The notes under the pieces: model-generated
The model's input: the letters and a program-made list of their open reading frames with translations, nothing else
Told to the model about the DNA's origin: nothing
The model's database searches: none
Position numbers and translations under genes: made by a program
In this document: one piece after another, positions 20,021 through 29,501 of the stretch
Numbering within the stretch: the stretch's first letter is position 1
Layout: each line of letters begins with the position of its first letter
NCBI GenBank assembly: GCA_965267315.1
Contig: OZ253949.1
Location: 806,781-870,780 of the forward strand
Direction: 5' to 3'
Length of the DNA: 64,000 nucleotides
Origin: Parvicellaceae bacterium
Lineage (GTDB): Bacteria; Bacteroidota; Bacteroidia; Flavobacteriales_D; Parvicellaceae

Positions 20021-20571
20021 GCGTTAAGCCGAATGGTCACTTCCAATAAGAAGAATTTTTTAGTCGCATCTACATCCTGAAAAGTATAACCCATATTCCC
20101 TTCGCTGTTAAGGGCTATCTGAAGCATTCCCAACCCAGCACCACCTTTGTCGGAAAGCTCTCCTTCCACCAGTTGTTTTTGATAGGCTTCTTTCAGTTGC
20201 TCCTGGGTTTTATTCTTTAACGGTTTAATGCGCGACTCCAGCTCTTCGATAGCTTCGGTTCTTACCATGTTCCCACTGTGAATAATAATCGAATCACCCA
20301 CACGAGAAACGTTTACAATTCCGAAGCGGTCTCCCGATTCAACGTCTTCCGTGGTGTGGCGGGTAATGTTCTCAATACATTCAACAAAACTCGAGTACAC
20401 TTTCTTAAAAATGATTCGTTCCATCTTGTCGGAGTCCAGGTTTTCCTTTAGCGTATTAATCAGGTGGTTTGAAATCTTAAAGGAGATATTTCCGAAATAG
20501 CACATCAGAATCTCATGATCCTTAAGGTCTTCGAACAGAGAGTAGACATATTTAGGTGAAATCCGGGTCAT
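20017..20571 (-). CDS. SiaB-like small protein kinase / anti-sigma-type ATPase-like protein
   Basis: 184 aa. ATGA overlap with the PP2C gene. GGAGLGMLQIAL G-rich motif as in GHKL/anti-sigma kinases. Gene order kinase-PP2C-DUF1987 matches Sia-type modules. Confidence 0.5.
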   Translation of the reverse strand: MTRISPKYVYSLFEDLKDHEILMCYFGNISFKISNHLINTLKENLDSDKMERIIFKKVYSSFVECIENITRHTTEDVESGDRFGIVNVSRVGDSIIIHSGNMVRTEAIEELESRIKPLKNKTQEQLKEAYQKQLVEGELSDKGGAGLGMLQIALNSEGNMGYTFQDVDATKKFFLLEVTIRLNA

Positions 20572-20791
20572 ATTCGGACATTTTTATTCTTCTGAGGAAA
20601 GCTACAAAACATGGATGAATTGAGTACAACGAATAGAACTCAAATTGAAAATCCCTTTTATTTAACCCTATTTCTGCACGTAATAATTCGAAAAATTGCG
20701 ATTTGTTTACTAATATTAGGTCGTACCCGGCACTTGGCGTGGGTCGAGAGATTTATTGAGTACATTTGATCAAAATTTTGAATAACTATCT

Positions 20792-21598
20792 ATGAAAAGT
20801 CTATTGGTTCCTGTCGATTTCACGGAAGTCGCAAGAGTAGCGATGGAACACGCTGCGAAGCTAGCTGAAACAATTGGTGCGGATGTGGTTCTTTTGCACG
20901 TGGTTGGCAAGGCTGAAGAAGTAGCAAAAGCCAAAGAAAAATTAGCGGAAGAAGCAAAGATCATTTCCGACTCTGCCTCATCGGTAAATGTGCGAATTGC
21001 GGTTCGGATAGGAAGTATTTTCGAAGACATCGCCCAAACAGCTGCTGAAGAAAGTGCCGAACTCATTATAATGGGTACTCACGGCGCAAAAGGTTGGCAA
21101 AAATTGGTAGGTAGTCACGCCCTGAAAGTGATTACAAGTTCAAAATCTCCTTTTATTGTCGTACAAACCAAAGGAATTAAGCCAAATGGATATGACGATA
21201 TTGTGGTGCCAATGGACTTGAACAACTATTCCATGCAGAAGCTTGAACTGGTAGCAGACATGTCCAAATACTTCGATTCCAGAGTTCACGTAATCGCAGA
21301 GCGTGTAGAAAGCGCAGCCCAAAAAGTAAAAAACAACTTAATTATTGCGCATAAATACCTTACCGAAAAAGGTGTAAAGCACGATTCTAAGGTTGCCGAA
21401 AAGGCTGGCGGATTTGACGAACAAGTAATTGAGCACGCGAAAAAAGTTGATGCGGATTTGATTGCGATTATGAACGACGGTGAAGCCATGTTCGGAGACC
21501 GACATGCTCAGGCAATGATTACTAACACAGCGGAAATTCCTGTGATGACCGTTAACGCCAGAGAAAGTGGCGGTGGTGGTACAGTGTTCTCGCGATAG
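20792..21598 (+). CDS. Universal stress protein, tandem UspA domains
   Basis: Two USP repeats (LLVPVDFTE...VVLLHVV...LIIMGTHGAKGWQKLVGSHALKV and the second half). ATP-binding G-x2-G-x9-G(S/T) pattern present. Confidence 0.85.
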   Translation: MKSLLVPVDFTEVARVAMEHAAKLAETIGADVVLLHVVGKAEEVAKAKEKLAEEAKIISDSASSVNVRIAVRIGSIFEDIAQTAAEESAELIIMGTHGAKGWQKLVGSHALKVITSSKSPFIVVQTKGIKPNGYDDIVVPMDLNNYSMQKLELVADMSKYFDSRVHVIAERVESAAQKVKNNLIIAHKYLTEKGVKHDSKVAEKAGGFDEQVIEHAKKVDADLIAIMNDGEAMFGDRHAQAMITNTAEIPVMTVNARESGGGGTVFSR

Positions 21599-21623
21599 AT
21601 TAACACCAATCAAAAAGACTAAG

Positions 21624-21657
21624 AAGTCGTGTCTCTTAACAGGCACGACTTTTTTTG
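21624..21657 (+). terminator. Rho-independent terminator after the USP gene
   Basis: AGTCGTG-TCTCTTAACAGG-CACGACT hairpin plus TTTTTTT. Confidence 0.6.
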
Positions 21658-21910
21658 TGGTCTGCTAGCCTTTTTAAGCTGGTGCTTTGGGATGTCCATG
21701 GCTACCAGAAACTGGCCGACCGTTGTGAAAATTTCGGCTCGCAAGTTTTCGAACTGTCGATTAGCCAATCCTGGTGATCGCCTCCATTACTGAACGAGCA
21801 TAGAGATAGGCCGTTTCCAACTAACCAATGAACTGCCTGAATACGGTGGACACCAATTGATCCCTAATTTTGTGGCATCAAACTCTGTTTTGTAATAACA
21901 CGAAGGAGTG

Positions 21911-24900
21911 TTAGTCTTTGTAATTATCTTCCTTCAACCGCTCCTTAATCTTTTCCAGGTGCATCATCTTTTTCTCCTGTCGCAGTTCAATGGCACTTTT
22001 AGTAAAGTACTTGTGCTGAGTCAGAAACTTCACCTGAATCTCATCCCAAAGACGATCTGAGTTGATTTTACCGTGTTCTCTTAACTCTCTCCGGAGCGTA
22101 TCGGCAATTTTAGGAAAGTCATCTCGCCCCAGATAATCAAGGTCGGCGTCGCAAATGATTTCCTCCAGGTGTGATTGTGGATTGTGCGGAATAATGGTTG
22201 CATAAATGAGCTTAAATACCTTCTCCACCTGCTCAGGGGTATAGCCATACTTGGGTAGTATTTCCGCTGCCATGCGCGCCCCTATCGGTTCGTTGGCATC
22301 ATATTGCTCCACGAAGCCTGCATCATGATAGGTCGCCGCAGATTTTAAAACGAAAATGTCTTCATCCAGTACGCCCTCCATAATAGCAAGTCGCTCTGCC
22401 GCTTCTACGACATCATAGGTATGATGGATACCGTGATAATAAAGCTTCGGAGATAACTTCTGCTTTAGAATACGCATAATGTGTCGCTCCGCTTTCTGAT
22501 AGTTGATCGAACTATAGACGTGTAGGTTCACGTAGTCCCAGAACCTGCGGTTTGGCGTTACTCCATCTCCATCCTCAGACAGGTGTGGTTTAATCCCGTC
22601 CACAAAATACATATCGATATGGCCTTTGTTTTTCGCAGGGATTTTTCCTCGATAAGTACAGTCAAAATAGGGCTCAATGTATTCGAACGTCTTTCCGGAT
22701 ATATTCACCTTACCAACTTCACCACTTTGTTCCATTCTGGCCGCAATGTTTACTGAATTGCCCCAGATATCATAAGCAATTCGCTTGGTGCCAATTACAC
22801 CAGCAATTACCTCTCCTGTATGAATTCCAATCCTCAGATCCCAACCTTCCGCCGGTTTTCCGGCAGCAATTGCGTGTTGCTTGGATTTCCTTACATAATT
22901 TTGGATTTGCAGGCCTGCAATAACGGTGTTAATGGGGTTCTCCTTATCTCTCAGCGGAACCCCTCCAGCCGCCATGTAAGCATCTCCAATTGTTTTGATT
23001 TTCTCAATATGGTTGGATTCTACGATTTGATCAAACTCCTTGAAATAGTTGTCGAGAATTCTAACGAGCTCCTGCGGTCTGAAGTCTTCTGCATGACTGG
23101 TAAAGCTTTTAAAGTCCGTAAACATAACCGACACTCGCCGGTAATTTCTTGTCCGTGCTTTGCCTTTATTTTTAAGCTCTTCGGCTGTTTCTTCCGGCAA
23201 GATGTTTGCCAGAAGTTTATCGGCTTTTTCCTTTTCCATCTCCACCATATCTTTCTGGCGTTCGAGATGCTGTTTTTGCTCCTGTATTTTTTCTTTTTGC
23301 TCGGTTATTGTCCGGGTTCTTAATTCCACCAGCCTGGCAAGTGTTTCCTTTTGGTTCTTAATAGATCTTATCCTGATCCTCTGAACGGCTACTACTAAGG
23401 CTATGGCCAGCACAATGAGCAACCCTCTAAACCACCAAGTTTGCCAGAACGGAGGAGTGACGGTAATTTTTAGCGTTGCCGGAACTTCAGACCATTTACC
23501 ATCAGAATTGGAGCCATACACCTTAAAGGTGTAGGTTCCCGGAGAAAGGTGGTTGTAGTATGCCTCCCGCCTGTTGCCAACTTCATTAAACTTGGTTTCA
23601 TCCCCTTCCAGAATGTATTTGTATTGGTTTGCCTCGGAATTCGTGTAGTGCAGCGCCGCAAATTTGATGGTTAAATTGGTTTGCGTGTGATCGAGAACTA
23701 TTTCTTTGGCAAAGGACGGTGCCTGATTCAAAATTTCACCTTCACCCACCGCTAACGGCTGGTTAAACAACAATACATCTGTAATTGCCATTCTTGGTCG
23801 CCTTTGGTTTTCCTGGATATTCTTTGGATAAAATGCGTTAAACCCGTTTATCCCTCCAAAGAACAATTCTCCGTTTTTAGATCGGTAGTAAGCTCCGGTA
23901 TTGAACTCATTACTCTGCAACCCATCCGACGCGAGATAAGTGGTAAATGTTTCATTTACAATTTCCAGACGGCAAACTCCCAGGTTTGTGGTCATCCAGA
24001 GCGAACCGGGTTCTCCGCCCATCACTCCGTATACCGCGTTGTTTGAAAGACCGTCTTTCTCCGTATAGGCTTTAAATTTCTTAGTAACGGGGTCAAGCCG
24101 ATTCAATCCGCCCCCATAAGTTCCAACCCAGATGGCTCCTCCTGGTTCTTCCCAAATGGACAGAACTACATCTGAACTGATCGAATTAGGGTCAGAAGGG
24201 TTGTTTCGGAAGGTTCTAAAATTAAACTCCTCCATATCTCCCGGGCGAGTTATGGTTAATTTGCACAATCCGCCCTCAGTTGCAATCCAGTAATTTCTCT
24301 TGGAATCGATGACCAACGAACGACATATGTTGGTTGGCAACGTATTTGGATCGTCGATACTGTGTTCAAAAAACTTTGATTCGCCAGTTCTGGTGTTGTA
24401 CCGCCCCAGGCCTTCCCGGCAACAAATCCATATAAACTCACGATCACGGGTTAACTCATATACCCGATGATATAGTTTACCATCCGGCCGGAAAATTACC
24501 GGCTCGTACCATGCGGATTCGAAATCGGGTGATGTTTTAAGGCGGTAAAGACCATCAATTGTTCCCACCCAAATTTGTCCTCTTTCATCAAACTCAATTG
24601 CGTTGACACTATTATTTCCGGGCGCATCAGGATTGCTTCCCTGAAACTGGTAGTTGTTTACCTTAAAATTTTCTCTGTCTATTCGGGCAACTCCTTCACG
24701 TGTACCCACCCAGATGATTCCGGCGCTATCTTTTCTGATCGTCCAGATATTTTCATCAATCAGCCCATTGTCTCCAAAATCTCCTTTTATGTGGTCGAAG
24801 GCTTGTTTAACGGGATCGAATTTGCTAACCCCCCCGTTGGTTCCAATCCAAATAGAGCCAGAGGCATCGGCAATCATGCTGAAAACAATAGGGTTGATCA

Positions 24901-25858
24901 GGCTCGTTCGGTCGAAGTCGTTGGCAGAAAAATTGGTGACATTAATTTTTCCGTTCCGAAAATTCACTTCATCCAGGCCTGCCCCTTCGTACCCACACCA
25001 CACCAGTCCGGAGGTGTCCGAAAAAACGACTTTCACGTTATCTCCAGACAGCCCGTCTTCTATTCCATAATTGGTGAAACTGCTACCATCAAACAGACTG
25101 ATACCTTTGTCTGTAGCAACCCATGTTCGGTTCTTGTGATCCTGGAAGATATCGTTAACGAAATCTCCCCCAATTGACTTCTCGTTTTGCTTGTCTGACC
25201 GGAAATTATTGAAGGTTTTGTGATTTTTCTGCAGGACATATAGTCCCTTGCCTTGTGATCCAACCAAAATGTCACCGCGCTCATTGATTCCGATCTTATT
25301 GATCGTTGAAGCTGAGATGCCATTTTCAGCATCGTATTCTGTGATTGTAGAGTCCGGCACATGAAACTTGATCAATCCTCCGTTCTCTGAACCAATCCAG
25401 AGGTTGTCATCTTTATCCATGGCCAAAGCCAAAATCTGCCCCTTTTCGATGATGTCGTGTCCCTGAAGCCGATGAAATTGTCTGGTTCTTGGGTTAAAAG
25501 AATTTACACCCCCGCTTTCAGTTCCAATCCAAAGCATCCCGTCCCTTCCCTGGATAATCGTTCGAATGAAACTATTGCTAAGAGAATTTGCGTTTTCCGG
25601 ATCGTGTTTGAAAACCTGAAAGGAATACCCATCAAATTTATTCAGCCCTTCTTGAGTGCCCAGCCAAATAAAACCCTGTGCATCCTCAAGCATGCAGTTT
25701 ACGGAACTTTGTGAAAGCCCCTCCTCAATAGAGTAGTTGTCGAAACGAATGCTGCGCATTTGCGCCATAGAGGCGCCAGCGATTAGTAACAATAAAGAAG
25801 ATATCAGGCGTTTCATGCGATCCTCGTCGAAAAGAAAAAGCCTCGATGCTAAAATCAA
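21911..25858 (-). CDS. Sensor adenylate cyclase: periplasmic two-component-regulator propeller + Y_Y_Y domain, TM, coiled coil, class III nucleotidyl cyclase, C-terminal HD-domain phosphohydrolase
   Basis: Signal peptide. Repeated Reg_prop-like beta-propeller blades (W.GT..GL). Y_Y_Y segment then TM (WFRGLLIVLAIALVVAV). Cyclase motifs MFTDFKSFT (metal Asp), KTIGDAYMAAGG (Lys plus Asp), YDIWGNSVNIAARME (adenine-specifying Asp, Asn, Arg). HD motifs HGIHHT...ATYHDAGF...DADLDYLGRDD. Confidence 0.85.
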   Translation of the reverse strand: MILASRLFLFDEDRMKRLISSLLLLIAGASMAQMRSIRFDNYSIEEGLSQSSVNCMLEDAQGFIWLGTQEGLNKFDGYSFQVFKHDPENANSLSNSFIRTIIQGRDGMLWIGTESGGVNSFNPRTRQFHRLQGHDIIEKGQILALAMDKDDNLWIGSENGGLIKFHVPDSTITEYDAENGISASTINKIGINERGDILVGSQGKGLYVLQKNHKTFNNFRSDKQNEKSIGGDFVNDIFQDHKNRTWVATDKGISLFDGSSFTNYGIEDGLSGDNVKVVFSDTSGLVWCGYEGAGLDEVNFRNGKINVTNFSANDFDRTSLINPIVFSMIADASGSIWIGTNGGVSKFDPVKQAFDHIKGDFGDNGLIDENIWTIRKDSAGIIWVGTREGVARIDRENFKVNNYQFQGSNPDAPGNNSVNAIEFDERGQIWVGTIDGLYRLKTSPDFESAWYEPVIFRPDGKLYHRVYELTRDREFIWICCREGLGRYNTRTGESKFFEHSIDDPNTLPTNICRSLVIDSKRNYWIATEGGLCKLTITRPGDMEEFNFRTFRNNPSDPNSISSDVVLSIWEEPGGAIWVGTYGGGLNRLDPVTKKFKAYTEKDGLSNNAVYGVMGGEPGSLWMTTNLGVCRLEIVNETFTTYLASDGLQSNEFNTGAYYRSKNGELFFGGINGFNAFYPKNIQENQRRPRMAITDVLLFNQPLAVGEGEILNQAPSFAKEIVLDHTQTNLTIKFAALHYTNSEANQYKYILEGDETKFNEVGNRREAYYNHLSPGTYTFKVYGSNSDGKWSEVPATLKITVTPPFWQTWWFRGLLIVLAIALVVAVQRIRIRSIKNQKETLARLVELRTRTITEQKEKIQEQKQHLERQKDMVEMEKEKADKLLANILPEETAEELKNKGKARTRNYRRVSVMFTDFKSFTSHAEDFRPQELVRILDNYFKEFDQIVESNHIEKIKTIGDAYMAAGGVPLRDKENPINTVIAGLQIQNYVRKSKQHAIAAGKPAEGWDLRIGIHTGEVIAGVIGTKRIAYDIWGNSVNIAARMEQSGEVGKVNISGKTFEYIEPYFDCTYRGKIPAKNKGHIDMYFVDGIKPHLSEDGDGVTPNRRFWDYVNLHVYSSINYQKAERHIMRILKQKLSPKLYYHGIHHTYDVVEAAERLAIMEGVLDEDIFVLKSAATYHDAGFVEQYDANEPIGARMAAEILPKYGYTPEQVEKVFKLIYATIIPHNPQSHLEEIICDADLDYLGRDDFPKIADTLRRELREHGKINSDRLWDEIQVKFLTQHKYFTKSAIELRQEKKMMHLEKIKERLKEDNYKD

Positions 25859-25974
25859 GGCTTTAATTCAATTGAAAGATATAGAAATTTTATTCACCTC
25901 GAATGGTTTGCCAATCTTCGCCATGGTCAGGCCCGTTGTTGATTTTCATTTTAACTTCGTAACAAGTATCAGGA

Positions 25975-26841
25975 ATGCACTTCATTTCAATTATACGGCC
26001 ACGGCACTGGGTGAAGAATCTCTTCGTGTTGATGCCGCTTTTTTTTGCGGGAGAATTCCTGAATCCACTCGCCTTTCAAAACGCAATTCTGGCAGCATTT
26101 GGTTTTTGCCTGGTCGCCAGCTCCATTTATGTGATCAACGATTTAAGGGACGCGGAAGTGGATCGGCTACACCCAACAAAGTCGCTACGCCCGATTGCCT
26201 CAGGTAAAATAAACTCAACTACGGCTATTATTCTGGCTTTAGGATTAGTATTGGCGGGAACCGGCGTAGGCTTCTTCGTAAACGTATGTGTGGTAGGTGG
26301 CTTTCTCGCCTATTTTGTCATGAATGTGGCTTACTCCTTCTATCTAAAGAATATTGCGATTGTAGATGTAGTAATTATTGCCTCTGGCTTCGTTATCAGA
26401 ATATTTGTAGGTGGGTTTGCCTGCGACATTCCTATTTCCAAATGGCTGGCTTTAATGGTGTTTTTGGTGAGTTTGTTTATGGGCTTTGCAAAGCGAAGAG
26501 ACGATGTTTTACTGTTACAAAAAACCGGTGTAGAGGCGCGCAAGAATATAGCGCAATACAGTCTCAAGTTCATCGACATTTCCATGGGAATGATCGGCGC
26601 TGTAGTAATGGTTTGTTATGTTATGTACACTATTTCCGATGATCTAAAATCTCGAATTGACTTCGATTATACTTATGGAACATCCATCTTTCTTTTGATT
26701 GGTTTATTGAAGTATTTGCATAGGGTAATAGTTCAGGAGAAAACTGGTGCTCCGGTAAAAGTATTGTTTAGCGACCTGGTGATCTTAACGTCGCTGGTTC
26801 TGTGGGTTTTTGTGTTCTTTCTATTACTCTATCTACACTAA
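25975..26841 (+). CDS. UbiA-family polyprenyl-phosphate phosphoribosyltransferase (decaprenyl-phosphate 5-phosphoribosyltransferase, Rv3806c-like)
   Basis: NDLRDAEVDRLHPTKSLRPIASG motif with 8-9 TM helices. ATG start at 25975. Stop overlaps the next start (TAATG). Confidence 0.75.
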   Translation: MHFISIIRPRHWVKNLFVLMPLFFAGEFLNPLAFQNAILAAFGFCLVASSIYVINDLRDAEVDRLHPTKSLRPIASGKINSTTAIILALGLVLAGTGVGFFVNVCVVGGFLAYFVMNVAYSFYLKNIAIVDVVIIASGFVIRIFVGGFACDIPISKWLALMVFLVSLFMGFAKRRDDVLLLQKTGVEARKNIAQYSLKFIDISMGMIGAVVMVCYVMYTISDDLKSRIDFDYTYGTSIFLLIGLLKYLHRVIVQEKTGAPVKVLFSDLVILTSLVLWVFVFFLLLYLH

Positions 26842-28913
26842 TGGAAAAAACGATCAGCAACTGGGGAAACTACCCGAAACAAAGGGTAAACGAGTGGAAT
26901 CCTTCCTCCGAAAGAACCTTGCTTGAGGCGATCAACAAATCAGGGAATATCATCGCTCGCGGATTGGGTCGATCATACGGAGATGCCTCTTTGGGAAAAA
27001 CGGTTCTGTCTACCGTTCACTTGAATCGCATTCTTGAGTTTAACTCTGGTTCAGGTGTTCTGATTGCCGAATGTGGGGTTAGTCTGGAACAGATCATTGA
27101 AGAAATACTGCCCAAAGGGTGGTTTCTTCCGGTAACGCCTGGAACCAAGTATGTAACCATGGGTGGTGCCATTGCCGCTGATATACACGGTAAAAACCAC
27201 CATGTTGAAGGCTGCTTTTCACGGTACATCCAGTGGTTCGACATCATTATTGAATCCGGTGAAACTCTTCGTTGTTCCGACTCCGAAAACACAGATCTTT
27301 TCCATGCCACATTCGGCGGGATGGGCCTTACCGGTGTTGTAATTCGAGCCGCTCTCAGATGCAAGAAGGTGGAAACCTCGTATATCTACCAAACTATTCA
27401 GCCGTGTTATGATTTAAAAGAGCTATTAGAAAAAATAGACCAATCTATCAGTTCTACTTACTCCGTTGCGTGGATTGATTGTTTCACCAAAAACGGGGTG
27501 GGTAAGGGAATTCTCATTACAGGAGAGCATGCCACAACCAGTCAGTTACCGGCAAATAACCAGAAGCTTAGCGTAGATCATCCGCAAAAGCGGTCGGTTC
27601 CATTTTTCTTTCCCTCATGGGCACTTAGCAAGTTGTCTATAAAAGTGTTTAACCAACTCTACTTTAGAAAACAAAGGCGTAATTCAGGAACGAGTGTAGT
27701 GAACTACAATGCCTTTTTCTATCCACTGGATGCTATCAAAAACTGGAATAGAATATACGGTCGAAATGGGTTTATTCAGTATCAGATGGTAATACCTACG
27801 GAATATGCTCACGAAGGTTTAACAAGACTCTTGTCAGTAATTAAGGAAAAAGGCTATGGTTCGTTTTTAAGTGTTCTAAAATTATTCGGGGCCGAAAACA
27901 AACTACTTTCCTTTCCTTCTTCTGGTTATACATTGGCATTGGATTTTCCGGCCAAAAAAGAGGTTTTTGATCTGGTGCATGAACTTGACGAAATCGTTTG
28001 TAGTTATGGTGGAAGGATTTACCTTGCAAAGGATGCCACTACAACGGCAGTGGACTTTAAAAAAATGTACTCGGATCAAACCGTGCAATTCACCGCCATC
28101 CGAAAAACCCATAATCCAACCGGGAAGTTCAGGTCTTCCCAATCAGATAGGGTGCAATTAACTACTGATGAAAAACTCTCAGAACCATCTATGAATCAAC
28201 CGAAGTCAATTCTCGTTCTTGGAGCAACGTCGGATATTGCCCGGGCAATTGCCAAAGAATATGGTAAACAGGGATACCAACTGTATCTCGCGGCCAGAAC
28301 TCCCGCCGCAATTACTAAATCCGAGTGGCCTGCCGACAGCTCTGTTCAAGAATTCAATGCCCTTGATTTTGGCTCGCATGCAGATTTCGTGCACAATCTC
28401 GGAATCGTTCCTGACATTGCTCTAATTGCTTTTGGGTACCTGGGAGACCAAAAGGAAGCGGAGGTAAATTTCGATGAAGCAAAGTTGATTCTCGACACCA
28501 ATTTTACCGGAGCGGTTTCCATTTGTGAGGCACTGGCAGATGCAATGAAGAATGTAGGAAAGGGCTCCATTATAGGAATTAGTTCTGTGGCTGGTGATCG
28601 TGGTAAAAAGTCCAACTATATGTACGGCGCCGCCAAATCGGGTTTTACCGAGTTCCTTTCGGGGCTGAGGCATCGTTTACATGGCTCCGGTGTGCATGTG
28701 CTCACCGTAAAACCGGGTTTCGTAAAAACCAGAATGACTGAAGGAATGGATTTGCCTCCCAGGCTAACCGCCAGCGTGGAGCAGGTCGCTAAAGCAGTAG
28801 TTAAAGCAGAGCGGAAACACAAGAACGTGCTTTATGTTAAGGCAATATGGCGACCAATTATGTTCATTATCCGCTGTTTACCACACAGCATCTTCAAAAA
28901 ATCAGATTTATAG
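26841..28913 (+). CDS. Fused DprE1-like FAD-dependent oxidase (N-terminal) and DprE2-like short-chain dehydrogenase (C-terminal)
   Basis: N-terminal GLGRSYGDASLG FAD/PCMH-type oxidase domain of ~450 aa. C-terminal SDR ILVLGATSDIARAIAKEYG (cf. DprE2 LLLGGTSEIGLAI) with S...YMYGAAK catalytic Tyr/Lys. I prefer ATG 26841 over the track's GTG 26802. Confidence 0.8.
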   Translation: MEKTISNWGNYPKQRVNEWNPSSERTLLEAINKSGNIIARGLGRSYGDASLGKTVLSTVHLNRILEFNSGSGVLIAECGVSLEQIIEEILPKGWFLPVTPGTKYVTMGGAIAADIHGKNHHVEGCFSRYIQWFDIIIESGETLRCSDSENTDLFHATFGGMGLTGVVIRAALRCKKVETSYIYQTIQPCYDLKELLEKIDQSISSTYSVAWIDCFTKNGVGKGILITGEHATTSQLPANNQKLSVDHPQKRSVPFFFPSWALSKLSIKVFNQLYFRKQRRNSGTSVVNYNAFFYPLDAIKNWNRIYGRNGFIQYQMVIPTEYAHEGLTRLLSVIKEKGYGSFLSVLKLFGAENKLLSFPSSGYTLALDFPAKKEVFDLVHELDEIVCSYGGRIYLAKDATTTAVDFKKMYSDQTVQFTAIRKTHNPTGKFRSSQSDRVQLTTDEKLSEPSMNQPKSILVLGATSDIARAIAKEYGKQGYQLYLAARTPAAITKSEWPADSSVQEFNALDFGSHADFVHNLGIVPDIALIAFGYLGDQKEAEVNFDEAKLILDTNFTGAVSICEALADAMKNVGKGSIIGISSVAGDRGKKSNYMYGAAKSGFTEFLSGLRHRLHGSGVHVLTVKPGFVKTRMTEGMDLPPRLTASVEQVAKAVVKAERKHKNVLYVKAIWRPIMFIIRCLPHSIFKKSDL

Positions 28914-29501
28914 ATGAACCTGGCACTGTTCGATTTTGATGGTACAATTACCAGAAAGGACAGCTTCGCCAGCTTCCTGCGGTTTCTAAAGGGAGACCTT
29001 GCGTTTGCGTGGTATCTTTTTTTGAGCGCTCCCCATCTGTTAGGTTGGAAATTAAGCATGGTTTCGGCGAAAAGAGCAAAGGAAAGACTGTTTCAGTTCT
29101 ATTTTAAAGATGTTTCCATACTTGAAATGCAGAAATGCTGTGAGGATTATCTCCCCCATCTGGAGAAACTTGTAAATCCAATGGCGGCAGAAAGGTTAAA
29201 ATGGCATCAGGACCGGGGCGACCGGGTAGTTATAGTAAGCGCCTCGTGCGAGGAATGGCTCGAATTGTGGTGTGAAAAAATGGATGTAGAACTGATCGCG
29301 ACAAAGCTAGAGAGATCGGCTAAAGAGAACGTTTACACAGGAAAAATATCTGGTGCAAACTGTAACGGACAGGAAAAAGTAAACCGCATCCGCCAGTTGC
29401 TGAAACCCGATCAATACAAGCAGGTTTTTGCCTACGGAAATAGTAAAGGCGATCTGCCCATGTTAGAACTAGCCACCGAAAAACATTACCGATACTTCTA
29501 G
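28914..29501 (+). CDS. HAD-superfamily (HAD-IB) phosphatase
   Basis: DFDGT motif I at the N-terminus (LALFDFDGTITRKDSF). C-terminal GNSKGDLPM motif IV. Start abuts the previous stop. Confidence 0.75.
   Translation: MNLALFDFDGTITRKDSFASFLRFLKGDLAFAWYLFLSAPHLLGWKLSMVSAKRAKERLFQFYFKDVSILEMQKCCEDYLPHLEKLVNPMAAERLKWHQDRGDRVVIVSASCEEWLELWCEKMDVELIATKLERSAKENVYTGKISGANCNGQEKVNRIRQLLKPDQYKQVFAYGNSKGDLPMLELATEKHYRYF

Noticed and set aside
22820-25177. Several 100-200-aa plus-strand ORFs (22820..23323, 24575..25177, 24654..25070)
   Set aside because: All lie inside the 1315-aa minus-strand cyclase gene, whose domain organisation is continuous and motif-rich. They are shadow ORFs.
26802-26840. GTG start at 26802 for the DprE1-DprE2 fusion (track translation begins MGFCVLS...)
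   Set aside because: ATG at 26841 overlaps the UbiA stop (TAATG) and begins with MEKTISNWGNYP, typical of FAD-oxidase N-termini. The GTG extension would lie within the upstream gene's coding sequence.
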